Part shown: piece after piece, positions 51,001 to 57,027 of the stretch
Position numbering within the stretch: position 1 is the first letter of the stretch
Layout of the letters: the number at the start of each line of letters is the position of its first letter
From: a virus
Virus record (IMG/VR): IMGVR_UViG_3300049491_000465
Location: 1-64,000 of that record
Direction: 5' to 3' (one strand)
DNA: 64,000 nt
Position numbers and translations under genes: made by a program
The notes under the pieces: generated by a model
Seen by the model: only the letters and a program-made list of their open reading frames with translations
The model's database searches: none
Told to the model about the DNA's origin: nothing

Positions 51001-52265
51001 CTAAGATTCTTGGAGTTAATGTTGATGCTGCTATTTCTTCTGTTGTTCAACTTGCTTCATTCAATGGTCTTGCATTAAATGTTCCGGTAGCAGCTTCGTC
51101 TGCATTAATGAATGCCGGTCAATTAATGAACAGTGCAATAGCAAATGATATGGCTACAAATGGTCTTTACGGAAAGGCTGAAGCTATGAAGGCTATTAAA
51201 ATGTTCGGAACTGTTGAGGGTAGAAAGTTCATTGAATCAATTATGGATATGTACAAGGTTGCTGATCGTACAGAAAGAGACATGATGCATAATCCAAGAA
51301 TGAAAGTGACAAACAAGAATATCTTCACTTCCCATCATGCTTACTGGATGAACTGGTACACGGATTATAATGTTCGTGGTATTGTGGCTGCTGCTCAAAT
51401 GATTAAAGACGGTTCTATCGCTGCTTATACTTTAAATAAAAAGACAGGCAAACTTGAGTATGATGAATCAAAAGACCCTAACTTTAAGGGAGAAACTGGT
51501 GAACATTTCAAAAACCACATCAAACAAAGGTTAATCGAAGAGGGTGTTATGAATTCCATGGACGAAAAAATGCCAAGAGGATACGATCACAAGATGGCTT
51601 CTCAATTGAAGCATCTTGCTGACAAACATGTTGTTGGTAACTTGGATGATGCAACAAAAGGTCGATTTGGCCGTACTGTTGCAGCTAAACCATTCATGCA
51701 GTTCATCTCCTGGCTACCTACTAAAATGGTGAATTATTTTGGTAGCACTAAAGCCTCTGCTGTTGGTGGGAAATATGTCACCAACAAGAATGAGCATGGT
51801 GAGGCTGAAACTGTATGGGAACAAACTGTTCAAGAAGGCATCTTTACTACTTTGAAAAACATCCATAGTGAGTTAAGAGAGAATAAATACAAATCAATGC
51901 GTTCTTGGAGTGAAATGAAACCTCATGAAAGATACAATGTCACAAAACTTGGTATCGATTTGATTTCATTCACTGTACTTTACGGATTGTATGCTGGGCT
52001 TACCGGTGACTGGGATGATGAAGAAGGTGATCAAGCAATGGTAGAGGATTCAAGATTAATGAAAGTATTCAAGTATTCAGCAATGGATTATCTTGCTTTC
52101 AATCCATTGAAGATTACAGAGAGTTTATTAACTGTTCCAGTACTTGAACAAGCAGAAAGATTATCAGGAATTTTCATTGGAGATTTTAGTGGAGTAGAAA
52201 GATCACTACCTTTGAGTTCAACAGTAAGATCTTTCTCTGAAGTTTTAAGTGACGAAGAAAAATAA
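33021..52265 (+). CDS. giant virion polyprotein: SF1 helicase + PD-(D/E)XK nuclease + two-barrel RNA polymerase + zincin protease
   Basis: GFAGTGKT (37392), IIIDEAS, LGDQSQ, TAISRAK; GTIDII..ILDIKT..QLATY; ETDG, RIP and GGDYDID (45654); HEMIH (48282)..EFLSEA. Confidence 0.85.
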   Translation: MAEDQLSNEAQDLELPQDPIQETSVPESSIPEADPPVKKSYSVPKEHVDFYGLTSIYGNSDADVFEMQKTKPQKILSMMPKEEAFKHYSEEAKRMGLDWTPEKFEQDYSFREKQYANYKKGVFDHGTGFDHTFNRSWSNLFADMISPYEFNPSSAWVKVNPLDTQFIHEDGELKRVKTKDESMYDLGFVLTDIQGDKVKNVYGDYVKNERKYKEIEIGGRKMRVLDLEAHKDDFFNTSRNNPGPEGNTVLVASELPDGTPAWKEETIGKISGKVHSDEVASVYGPRSMRQSWHENLWMASLPNAAASIQTSIVGFADYIKDAFGYGNVYLKNMTGGIGSTESISALYQAGTPDWLDKADKEYRDHAAWMKPKAPENVRGAGAFDSAQSFAWSGGAVAGELIKMIAARNFSSWAGKTVGMTQMGAAKLGGYMGSGTMAISAADQFKQSMIDNGISEDNQFLLYGPALVSSFFVERLGGNILDDGLKSFYAKQNVKKYVDEGIQEQVKLFGLKSASEMSKEQVRSTGKVVWNKIFDASKSMGALGVKAAGVAEKYAPISIKAAWEEGMEEAVEGRIYTALETIHDMHQAHDARMGKDLDRYTYSSSPDEKNFYEVDRLTGIKRKISSETYEKMSSAQKIKPGNGMFGEYNPELGLISNWTNRATEGLVEDFVLGAFAGGLMTGAGKLTNGKDAQKEKTLQDYVVRGNGDIMRSKFAEMHEKGLFGPTDINTQDKVHNPQDENSLSLNDMGYQTALKELEEAELTFKLTGLEGDALKEMMESEYGHSLLKEAYNNVGKQRDLQSEIDDINKEMSETTDPQLIKNLQEKITDKTRLKEDLNIQLGEIRSGDRMIQSVSDYAIKDWSSQNNTGIIDPNGNKVTPGIAELKNVSDRYDSKKAAEIEKINEAKSKRVQLENEVGSFSKSKIDPLSAESNVFEKISDIQIKASEVGLSESGTKSMMDKLQGIRKDILRGIDQFFTAEQITEAETSPDEEALMTMAKSGIAGSDAEKIAKTYDDLDRSIKSFNVDKKPEIKKDDFVQWTQSGQSQFDQPRKVTKISDDGEFGFVEGSDTGIPISQLHDPNYTGGRVRGSIPESFDESTFKRNFYDTYIDTQGNEVSINQTMSDLASRKMNSEDEKTIELLNQAISNNDYLANVNHNVLKDLSSSKDINLGKYKPSDESILNDDEYKAVINDLADKKNRLRDLSEVQKKDANNKKNREGKLRYNDYKMRNDILVLASNVEHISLDSRNEIARLKAQISEALDLIKDSYSSEKQYKREYLDQVDPLLVKAETILHYEFNGDNRIEIIEGITAQFKQYKGYGPYKSQIYHNASEFVMHDFENVFDYSSFSEQVVNNGKSKGAAFMANIQFANTYFTNHLQTIDRLDPKRFFDFYANSVAGLDLESGQVPSYEQIKSIYHTTAFMSNQKTDLLWKVQDILTGAKNEKSKEMHFNRALFLRGFAGTGKTSLVIKYASNIFSDMNQRDLVIDVVAPSTELQKSLSSNLVSFRSNSTNPSMDYYSLVDHILNPKSTIDKTDLIIIDEASNLSKSQLKDLRTALSKSRASKRLSVIFLGDQSQMTSVNSTVNELVAVERIMERTMPTTEVFRSGAADISNLQNSFRSSTFQRKEAILPKGTYDKEKNNGLHYFGGTKKEMYDQFISDLNDGGDFKKNNTALIVYKKSDREAAMNYVRKALKDGSFDLDSKIKTIEEGEFSAQGLGYGRIYVAIDQADAAHLYNPAMLTAISRAKRIDDEHNGFASVLSTRGFSQEGSPLIVETKTASAEDIERHKSWVSSIIGMPVESSDKAQKEASSTISDVTSANFNSLKSNLSSILGKGKIEFTEGGFIADGLRFRYKIKNKPVQSVTQKLSSATSQSETDRTLDPHAKRGNAVHRIVEAHLLKQQKKGGKLFTKQDIDAIKGYVKSYNDQVAKWNELAKPESRLQTIDLNNDEATFETNKFIQDVISNVAIPIANKLNQGGKYSIPESVIGIYYNDIAGTIDIIDHVGMDGDIPVVDILDIKTLTPSAYKFFGDGNVESKLKLPIITSPTGETYAASGLNKALSQLATYKAMLENGDTETGFKPMKVRNVTIIKSSLTGANEVSSIVNDDFVTYDTESSDFKKFKDYGDMTVSNGVILQNKNTRNYDPSDEALGSLITTPEGSSVEVTGSFKDVDGNQSYELNNDINNPVSSDKFSELELNNISKEISEDPTMMNSERVYKRSAVSHSNGNTFSFSTASTSVDNGKPGYANDHFKFKSEFMKVIAPKMNFGSPNAPKVNMVFHPELQLLNDKGELQMFKNVVASYISEDSISDIVKAAKTLPWATGMTDAQIMKEIKDRNYLLLSTLPHPDSNFGKTERDIDYTDQAQVQKLIERIKNGFTTDGVADKFKPQLVQYHTDLVSYRSLGAKNPGEVFATVKLKGLSNPSVIYDGKQRSMDSLLTGLSAKGFKIGKPYFGSKLYQKVDANGKVSNIASWAVDVWRVSPSVDSSRIILRTGEFDDNHYSELKKNISDLRSNKALTHGEINQSLAMGFILQNRSFLIDPTTGKLTEEIPGLSNFIKVDGHTIDLNVDGKKTIPALIDSLSKAIDLLNGSRKSNNKVAKNLRQSVPFVIGDNNMRVIPSGMESKLFTSASDVHSFGIELGMSVVKTESETGVYGGMTSPSKSDEDLLKNMGIIDPNPNKGGIAFMEDIEEEPGIPLSGHESSSDPDSTPVNEKDRTFYDFATRYFGDIRIMNEIKKDVSRILIQNSNYNRDLNTPTMSNTDMLAKAWDHYSRLSALIAKDYSSIDVKSGNNHYTNLSEISGDTAHLLYEDKSAFSRYFNYAVGSDQELFFAIVDRALPNLNIKKMNKLDIGEALALRMNSFLDRDAEGVTEEEKDIMSANENSQTSVMDSINSRAFTDTLSGFVHLMKNHVKLKEYSIDPKTGDLVGSETGGYINPKTIEKSLVDSAQTSSPLKGDLMEQWVNNFLEIANRSGVGSPTYNHLMSFHDDFFGDQMSHKYLRDNAIRTGGESSLIEIKTGANPEIIKAKAKASSDLLSALYSHMVSVSSKKYIKMNLNSSGDKISRKIKTQSLAVGVQVVQDIKSRMNNALFSMSENGIEINPKVSELITEGQNQRYRINSSGVFDLAGGKATKLIGFTTQNGKIVDFVIPDGIASQDIKDLLNIINLKGDVVYTTTIKTYMGNESDSNPDPEKRRDRSKIAEIVGMFMLTTKNAVNPSPSETSLLDAYYKENGYTKDSLDDLNDDGTVDMEKTGTDIYKPTDLYRLIENLAKVQSEIGLNNHADFFYNVNGDKVYKHTNGNTFLRLFSNADVGDKLPTSNIKEYYKEFVLSDQNIENIIYNPNVARANDGKIKVLNTLMDPNSDHHIMDAYVVDGTEGNFKSVQQGKSMTDMDYVDFSINGMFVDDILSGKKIQNIRLPYHQISNKSAYVAEHNFGSNKFTHTENGIIADRAWINENISKIFFYHNSARRVSYLRWRNALVSMGFNVDRTTFEGWMTDPQSFKNTLSMASQSLGKVNKGASFNDFITGSTELVENRDYKIGRDGSVLPGNAPMMTIDSVYNWKNFNKLKEASAGVSGLTVDELIDSLFYKRHIDTASHFSRNGFKLDQRLNNNNWLLKQSDKKNAKGFSIWKVNPTLESYLYAWHIADHNLSQLTMGDASQYKDISDVIKRSSGPFAQSWRPDTSSPNGIGKFSNAVIIEDIQGETYEQLETIFGQPGNHVETDGLGIINPISLTIMKNSYGGEELGVIGKGMLKPVYFKPDMNTNDAVYFKYALLPLTQQVLENSSIARETFRKMVTPEMFEMWQSGKTFDEIADYVVENGLQQDMLMQAVFKSGNKTGNRGVQKFDSPEWTTSVEVDNDFFGIQLNPSQDVESTENMAGPSQLNATLGIGSQNTERVSALNELKAGIAVDALAKMKGDFSTDGNFDPKKFEDYLRKIGQKSSEKTGEITKFAEMLYDDKVDLNIPTQRTKLIQMYMNRITSDVISPRWNGVRMSQAPGFMFPIYMDVDGNPYMENEYKKYFGEPGPESMSRSLQPMKFYKDEKFINEITSQEEFASLMETGEVFVKPGDVIVPFSYFEKFGLKEYIDADPSFSLNDVFMVQLEDGNLANVRSMNEDETSILIDRAFDSAKDKKEEGLDQDAITFLQKKFSSASAAKAFIKEFREALQVIPDRIPTSSTSFGWIGEITGWINDNGNTVFTSAQKNILDGGDYDIDQLNIYFKFLDSNGKIVKGDSKQGKINQMFDLITEYYNDPKNAEIFMKRLSMEKLESQVEEIKRTQTKFKGHHNDFGTNIYYYDNIKQGDSLIGIFANIVKTFSYLSHVSTKADGLSSKVEINSNSLNSSGEYISNVLERFLNAAMDNVKESILGYLGATEDAGNLIGAAAIKGMDEIEIANLLKNDVVVDVFRKMKNSKRVTSAKKSNILDVIDSKIEDITKRNSIDLREDLEKQLKELKGKIGAPSEDEGIDDAYVAEFDRLQEMINDADNFEVVKQDQLDVLYRLKDLAYFGESISRLNSIIRIDSVGAPVFDYHIEKQIRDVEYNLGMPLDDFLAGKTGSSDWYKSRKTYLTFDDSQKLEEREPAIRSYLDLQKITKELPHIMAYLEALNEGRNNMKNTFIRNSKLIQDLSDSFLGKMKMDWFRSERSYYSFHNEVDNFFIATFFGTHFKGKMFQSQFGLTKGSESVNISTREGRYQFGIEFPTSVIEEADRIRRKPKEELTPRELDLVENTFLNSLTVNSTPSGDFLEFKNSWKLTEDDFRDLRASFKKLPAAWKEKFYVYQLAKDGFNFTKGGLYEAMDNELFRMYSTFLDKVKGAVDTYGTDKETPFDFIDSNGVLVQKTLSEIFDSNFLEDVGAMSDEMNLLPFEPREGGFEPHLQPDQHKVREKNGSFTVSKVKKKGLDSTFQPSSKKTFNGYDPLNSVLTTMDVIRKISKDTYKKLKSGAEATIRFNGKVQYKLKDAYIPDGTLVRIKSATSNSITVLPIVSTNPMNVYQSKTGKEDLLNSIVENSKNDLNSKLAKSILEMTDPKFLQRGLVNFTNEDADATFNDQREKGNKTPGYWDQASRTIGMNMSQIRDINKLEHVFLHEMIHDITFNAMEITDQEADSLGEKGQRIKEFKENIEKIYQKAKLAYTDSGEKHYGMKDATEFLSEAISNPEFQRFLSNQEIEESVGTSFIDKVKDLYRAVIGSIRNLLGISEKDAPYTMLDQVVGLVIRHAKAGDYDFKTSSNTSEGKVFFSEDSKPETEVNETKDIINSLQPDGFSKTYTQYQEEQLVTDIYNSIDPKTGIYYYNGDKFYFKSKEGEMMDELSAKNKIKNEVVPKFTEFETNYKNSVIGWLNNGAQVDGSLPATFFPKKGGTSRYSQGTLGEMRRLIDHDVNDFYVRYSELKNNEEFKDIPYIAEFEGFDPIVSIHKSIDGSNMSISIFDATSLRLNKKGILEGNIFKKHIADDYEARNKGVTLGNNEGDVRRLLLGLQVMAMKKANPDLKIKHVGVLGVSNKSIDSTWVFMEDFVSNVKAMNGIEAIMKTLPESIKDIVSDDSLHKQDYDQPWIFMLRRKFQQRVQDLDGIENQEFNIKKINDSVSQIDAYLNGQGSKDEVLNMMIHRMEEIQNTYHKDEELLNDKEYIYLSNTIREMSAVASFDKNGTKDLDTIKSFLTPTPDISHDIVNWAQEQIFKSMRIVQDKVRDFQNDKFVPILKDFNNRYFKKYPEQRAMDYLQDLSGKKFMPLFKTRKVKDQSGNDIEVNSMEIHWDMNDAETKEAIRTNKISTKDVEFGKFIVDTLEEQMIENILHSKRHDKGFKKEDAKKDLDRKWRRGMIPVMSSSVNEMLMKKDAKSAKAAYDKFFRQLTNLDDIYDEVDKQKLKDTKRQKILKEMTDFFMNQIGLDSDIYGSDARMKMMGLRNDITGPILMDSNTNENLSTNLELITMYMVSSSERKRVFDKKVLPYVNAAQTMLHNPQLSGLDGDQQVTKSYFQNYINSVLKGMPETTDSKILGVNVDAAISSVVQLASFNGLALNVPVAASSALMNAGQLMNSAIANDMATNGLYGKAEAMKAIKMFGTVEGRKFIESIMDMYKVADRTERDMMHNPRMKVTNKNIFTSHHAYWMNWYTDYNVRGIVAAAQMIKDGSIAAYTLNKKTGKLEYDESKDPNFKGETGEHFKNHIKQRLIEEGVMNSMDEKMPRGYDHKMASQLKHLADKHVVGNLDDATKGRFGRTVAAKPFMQFISWLPTKMVNYFGSTKASAVGGKYVTNKNEHGEAETVWEQTVQEGIFTTLKNIHSELRENKYKSMRSWSEMKPHERYNVTKLGIDLISFTVLYGLYAGLTGDWDDEEGDQAMVEDSRLMKVFKYSAMDYLAFNPLKITESLLTVPVLEQAERLSGIFIGDFSGVERSLPLSSTVRSFSEVLSDEEK

Positions 52266-52271
52266 TAAGAT

Positions 52272-52628
52272 ATGAACTATTACGAATTACGAGATTGTTC
52301 TAATATTCTGCCCGACATCTGGACGGATGCTGATTTGAGTGATATTAACTTGAATCAGCTCCTCCAGACTGTCGAATATCCTGGTGTATGCTGGGAGATT
52401 ATACAGATTGTCGATTTAGATCCTCAAATGGATCCTATACCGCCATTGACGGTAATAACTCCAGTTGGACCTGTATTCAATACTTGCATCGATTGTACAA
52501 GCAATATTATTCAAGGTTGTACAGATCCAAGAGCTTGTAATTTCAATCCTTGTGCAACTATTGATAATGGTAGCTGCACCTACAATGATATTACAATAAG
52601 GATTCTGTGTAATGATGATAACAACTAA
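52272..52628 (+). CDS. Cys-rich small virion protein with a GCTDPxACNF repeat
   Basis: 9 Cys in 118 aa; GCTDPRACNFNPCATIDNGSC. Confidence 0.65.
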   Translation: MNYYELRDCSNILPDIWTDADLSDINLNQLLQTVEYPGVCWEIIQIVDLDPQMDPIPPLTVITPVGPVFNTCIDCTSNIIQGCTDPRACNFNPCATIDNGSCTYNDITIRILCNDDNN

Positions 52629-52642
52629 AAATTAAAACGATT

Positions 52643-54517
52643 ATGGCTACTAAATCTTATTATGTATCTAATTTTTACACAGGATATGTTAGGAAGTCAA
52701 CTGACTTATTTGCCACGCTTGGAACAGATATTCCTATACCTTCATCTGATTCCAATCTTGAGGCTATCATGTGTGTTCCTGGCTTTTCTGACAGAGTTAT
52801 AACATGTGGATCTAATAAACGAATCTATTTATCAAATGACGCTGGTGTAAATTGGGTATTAGCTCTTGGTGATTATTCCACAACATCAAACAATCATCCA
52901 ATAAGAGATCTTTGGATTTTGGATCAAAACATTTCTTATGCTGTTGGTCCTGATGGTGCTTGTATGAAATCGATAAATGGAGGTGCTACATTCAATTTAA
53001 CCCCAACACATCCAACTGATACTGGTTCTTTAAGTGTAGATCATCATTGTTCAACACTACATTTCACCAATTTATTATCTGGAGTTGTTGCTACAATTAA
53101 AGATGGTGAAGGTGTTTTTGTTTATAAAACAATTGACGGAGGAGATACCTGGACTGTATTGAATGCTGGTTTACCAATAACAAATGACATTGATGCTGGT
53201 GGTATTCACATGACAGCAGATCAAACAAAAATCATTGTCGTTTGTGCTTCAGGAATTTACACATCAATAGACGGAGGTGTTTCTTTCGGTTTAACTCAGC
53301 AGTTACTTGTTAACAGTACCCCGATAGGTAGGCATTTGACAAGAACTTCTGATGACAACATGTATGTTACATGTCTTTACACAGGGTTTTACCGATCTAT
53401 TGATCAGGGTCTCACATGGATTGAGATAATTACACCGGTTGAATTTGATCCGGATTTCGTGTCATCTTTCTTTTACACGCCAACACAAGGTTTAATTTCT
53501 ACTGGTGGAGAACTTTGGGATTGTAGTGATACTGGTGTTGATTTTAATCAGGCTTTAGAGACTGCTGGCCCAGCAACATCGATATGGATTGAAACAGATC
53601 TGAACATCCCTATTCTTGATTGTCCACATTTCAATATTGACATTACAGGACCTTCATGTGCTCCGGATTGTATTCAACCAGGATCCATTGTTCAGTTTGA
53701 TCTTGGAGGAAGCATCAGTTCAATTGTATATCCTACAACTATAAGTTTCAAGGTTTACAATAAAGCCACAGATCAAGAGGTTTTTAATGCTGAATATCCG
53801 GTTGCTGATGATGATAAGTTAAATGCTATCATTATTAACTTCATAGCTCCTGAACCAGGGAGTTATTGCTCTTATGTAAGTTTCCCTGGATGTAATACAA
53901 TCAAGGCTTTGTGTTTTGATGTTTGTGAACCGTTTGACATTTACAAAGATGAATGTAATAAATGGCATGTTCATCGTCCAGAACAATCTTCAAGAACAGA
54001 GTTTCTTGTTGATTTAAGAGAACTTGAGGGTGAATACTTGATTACAGATCAATTATGGGATACTGATCAAGATAACACTTTTGAGTTTGAACTTACTGGA
54101 GATGGTATTTATATCTTCGAAATGAAAGATGTGGATACTGGTGAAGTTATTTACAGTTTTAGTTCATTTGAAACATGCTCTCTTCAGGAATGCTATATGA
54201 TTATGATGGATAAAATCATGTGTAGCTGTTCTGATCCTTGCTGTAAAAAATGTACTGGTGTTCCTGATCAGCATAGAGAGTTTGCTCGAATGACATTGAA
54301 CAAATTGGTTCCATTGTATTTAACATACCTTGGTATGGCAAGAAGAAACGAGCTATACACCACTGGAATGAAATTAATTAGTGATGAGCAAATATGTTTT
54401 TTACATGATGCCAACCAGGTTCTTGGAAAGATTTTAGAAATAATTGAGGATTGCGGATGTCTTTGTCCAGAGCAGAAAAATACTGCTTCAAATAGAGGCG
54501 GATGCACAAGTTGTTAA
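52643..54517 (+). CDS. BNR/Asp-box beta-propeller protein with a Cys-rich C-terminus (putative receptor-binding/tail)
   Basis: SNDAGVNW, SINGGATF, TIDGGDTW, SIDGGVSF, SIDQGLTW. Confidence 0.7.
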   Translation: MATKSYYVSNFYTGYVRKSTDLFATLGTDIPIPSSDSNLEAIMCVPGFSDRVITCGSNKRIYLSNDAGVNWVLALGDYSTTSNNHPIRDLWILDQNISYAVGPDGACMKSINGGATFNLTPTHPTDTGSLSVDHHCSTLHFTNLLSGVVATIKDGEGVFVYKTIDGGDTWTVLNAGLPITNDIDAGGIHMTADQTKIIVVCASGIYTSIDGGVSFGLTQQLLVNSTPIGRHLTRTSDDNMYVTCLYTGFYRSIDQGLTWIEIITPVEFDPDFVSSFFYTPTQGLISTGGELWDCSDTGVDFNQALETAGPATSIWIETDLNIPILDCPHFNIDITGPSCAPDCIQPGSIVQFDLGGSISSIVYPTTISFKVYNKATDQEVFNAEYPVADDDKLNAIIINFIAPEPGSYCSYVSFPGCNTIKALCFDVCEPFDIYKDECNKWHVHRPEQSSRTEFLVDLRELEGEYLITDQLWDTDQDNTFEFELTGDGIYIFEMKDVDTGEVIYSFSSFETCSLQECYMIMMDKIMCSCSDPCCKKCTGVPDQHREFARMTLNKLVPLYLTYLGMARRNELYTTGMKLISDEQICFLHDANQVLGKILEIIEDCGCLCPEQKNTASNRGGCTSC

Positions 54518-54520
54518 GCT

Positions 54521-54976
54521 ATGGCGTGTTGCGAAGATAAAATAACAATGAATGATATCTTGTTCCGGGATTACTGGGACAAGATGTTTCCATATTTATC
54601 AGACAGAATATGTGATGTTCATAATTTTGAAGTATTCGGTAATTCAAAAGGGGCTTTAGAGCAATATGATCTAATGAACGAGATCTATTACATGTTTTTG
54701 TATGGATATATCGCTTATTACGAACAGGAAATGATGCTAAAGAAACTTTATCCATCAGCACCAGGTCAATGCCCGGATAAAACACCGGTAATGAAAGACG
54801 TATGGGATAAATTTGGCTTTGAATGTAAAGCTGATTACTTCCGTTGTAAGCATGGTATTGATCTAAAAGATGTATTAATTCGAGTTTTTGGTCTCGGTAC
54901 AGGTATTGGGAAAGGAATTGACTATATGCGTATCGAAAATGATGACGATTGTATTCCACCATTTAAAATAAAGTAA
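54521..54976 (+). CDS. Cys-rich structural protein
   Basis: Starts MACC; C-terminal GIDYMRIE; 7 Cys. Confidence 0.55.
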   Translation: MACCEDKITMNDILFRDYWDKMFPYLSDRICDVHNFEVFGNSKGALEQYDLMNEIYYMFLYGYIAYYEQEMMLKKLYPSAPGQCPDKTPVMKDVWDKFGFECKADYFRCKHGIDLKDVLIRVFGLGTGIGKGIDYMRIENDDDCIPPFKIK

Positions 54977-54978
54977 TC

Positions 54979-55965
54979 ATGATTGTAGGAAGAGCGTATT
55001 TTTTTACACCGACAGTTAACACGGAGCGTTTCTTGTCGAAAGATGAACCGACAGAACAAGTAATGAGAAATTTCTTGGATTCTATTGCGTTTAAAAAGGA
55101 GGCTTCTGATACAGCCTCCGAAACACAACAAGGTCTTGTTGAAACAGCTACACAAGCTGAGTTTATTGCCGGAACTGATAACAATGCAAATGGATATGCA
55201 TTGTATGTTCGTCCTTCAATGATTAAGTCAACCCTTGATTCTATTGTTTCGAATTTCAACTCACAGATCTCAACGATCACTAATGATATAACGAATCTTC
55301 AGAATTCAGTAACGAATCTTGAGAACAATGTAACAAACCTTACCAATACGGTAACTCTTGGTTTCCAGGAACAAATGCCGATTGGTTCAATGATTGAATA
55401 TCCTGTTGCTACACCTCCAAATTCAAAATGGTTGTTGTGTGAGGGTCAGACATTAAACACTGGATCGTATCCTGACTTATTTGCATTGATAGGATATAAT
55501 TTTGGTGGAGCTGGTGTTAACTTCAATCTTCCTGATAAAAGAGGTAAGTTTACTGCTGGATTTGATTCTGCCGGTTCTGCTGAATATCAAACTATTGGAC
55601 AAGGTGGCGGTTCAAATGATGTAACATTGACAAATGCACAAATACCAAAACATAATCACGTTTTAGATACTGGTGTCGATGGTGCAAGTCAATCTGATCC
55701 AGGGGATCATAATCACCGTGGAGGTTATACATTTAATTCAATATTAGAAGGAGGAGATGTACCGCCTGATCAAACATGGGATATTGATGAAGGAGGTGCT
55801 GCTGGTCCAAACTTTAAGCGTGTTGGTGCTGTTCCATTTTCTGATGGTGCACACACCCATACTGGTAATACTGGTGATGGAACTACCGATGGTCTCAATA
55901 ATCAACCTCACGAGAACCGTCCGGAATTCGTAGTATTCCCTACAATGATTAAAGTATTAAATTAA
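54979..55965 (+). CDS. tail fibre protein with a phage tail-collar domain
   Basis: PIGSMIEY..PP..WLLCEG..YPDLFALIG..FNLPD.RG; HNH/HTH repeats; heptad coiled coil. Confidence 0.85.
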   Translation: MIVGRAYFFTPTVNTERFLSKDEPTEQVMRNFLDSIAFKKEASDTASETQQGLVETATQAEFIAGTDNNANGYALYVRPSMIKSTLDSIVSNFNSQISTITNDITNLQNSVTNLENNVTNLTNTVTLGFQEQMPIGSMIEYPVATPPNSKWLLCEGQTLNTGSYPDLFALIGYNFGGAGVNFNLPDKRGKFTAGFDSAGSAEYQTIGQGGGSNDVTLTNAQIPKHNHVLDTGVDGASQSDPGDHNHRGGYTFNSILEGGDVPPDQTWDIDEGGAAGPNFKRVGAVPFSDGAHTHTGNTGDGTTDGLNNQPHENRPEFVVFPTMIKVLN

Positions 55966-55977
55966 AAATTGAATAAG

Positions 55978-57027
55978 ATGTCTGGATGTGGATCTTGCGG
56001 AAGCAAAAAGAAATGTAATTGCCCGGAACAAATTCCTGGGCCAATTGGACTTACCGGCCCTCAAGGCCCACAAGGTCCTACCGGTGATCAGCCGGCTTAC
56101 GAATGGAATGGAACTCAAATCAGATTTGAGAATCCTGATGGATCATGGGGTCCATGGGTGAATCTTCAAGGACCTCCGGGACCATGTTCTTCTGGTACAC
56201 AAGGATTGCAAGGACCACAGGGTCCTGCTGGGCCTGCTGGTCCAAGCGGACCTGCTGGTGTGTCTGGTCCTCAAGGTATAGAAGGTCCTATCGGTCCTCA
56301 AGGTCCAGCCGGTCCATCTGTTATACTACCTGATTCAGGTTGGCAAGACTTACTTGGTTTTGAGTTTTACACATCTCAAATAAAGCCTCAAGCCAGAAGA
56401 ATTGGAAATATAGTTTATTTCAGAGGTACTGCAATTATTCCTTTAAGTTCAACGGCAGATGGATTGACCCTTGAAGATCCAGCAGGATATATTTCAGAAG
56501 CTTCTCCCTATTCTTATATTGGAGTTGGAGGTGTTGATGTTAATACTAATGGAAGTTTGATCTTCAACGATAACAACCCTATAATCCCTCCTACATTGGG
56601 AATAGTTCCTACGGCAGGTAATTATTTTGATAGTATTCGTATTAATCCACAAATAGCAATTAGGATTGTTGATACTTCAAGTGCTTCAGATTCAATAGCT
56701 TTGAGTGCCTGGTTGAATGTTCAGATTTTAGCAAATGGTAAGTTGCAAGTTGTAACTCTTAAAGATCCGGAAATAGCTTCTGGTAATTCAGGTTTACTTG
56801 GATCTTCTCATTTGCGATATATAACATCAAATATTAGATCTGGAGAGAATGTTCCTGATTACAATAATGCAGGATCAGATATACACAACTTTAGTGCCTC
56901 CGGTTTACAGCCTGTTATTGTTGATGCAAGTGTAAATACATATACATTTTCTTGTGATGCATCTTTAGCAGAACAAGTTGGTGGTTTTGCTTTTACTTTA
57001 GATGGATTGACATCTTTTATAGTATAA
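55978..57027 (+). CDS. collagen-like fibre protein with a Cys-rich N-terminus
   Basis: G-X-Y runs; starts [15 protein letters not shown]; ATG at 55978. Confidence 0.8.
   Translation: MSGCGSCGSKKKCNCPEQIPGPIGLTGPQGPQGPTGDQPAYEWNGTQIRFENPDGSWGPWVNLQGPPGPCSSGTQGLQGPQGPAGPAGPSGPAGVSGPQGIEGPIGPQGPAGPSVILPDSGWQDLLGFEFYTSQIKPQARRIGNIVYFRGTAIIPLSSTADGLTLEDPAGYISEASPYSYIGVGGVDVNTNGSLIFNDNNPIIPPTLGIVPTAGNYFDSIRINPQIAIRIVDTSSASDSIALSAWLNVQILANGKLQVVTLKDPEIASGNSGLLGSSHLRYITSNIRSGENVPDYNNAGSDIHNFSASGLQPVIVDASVNTYTFSCDASLAEQVGGFAFTLDGLTSFIV

Noticed and set aside
453-54962. Many short antisense or alternate-frame ORFs in the track (e.g. 7650-8144, 14962-15426, 27077-27505, 54519-54962)
   Set aside because: They lie within or across strong + strand genes and have no motifs; treated as shadow ORFs
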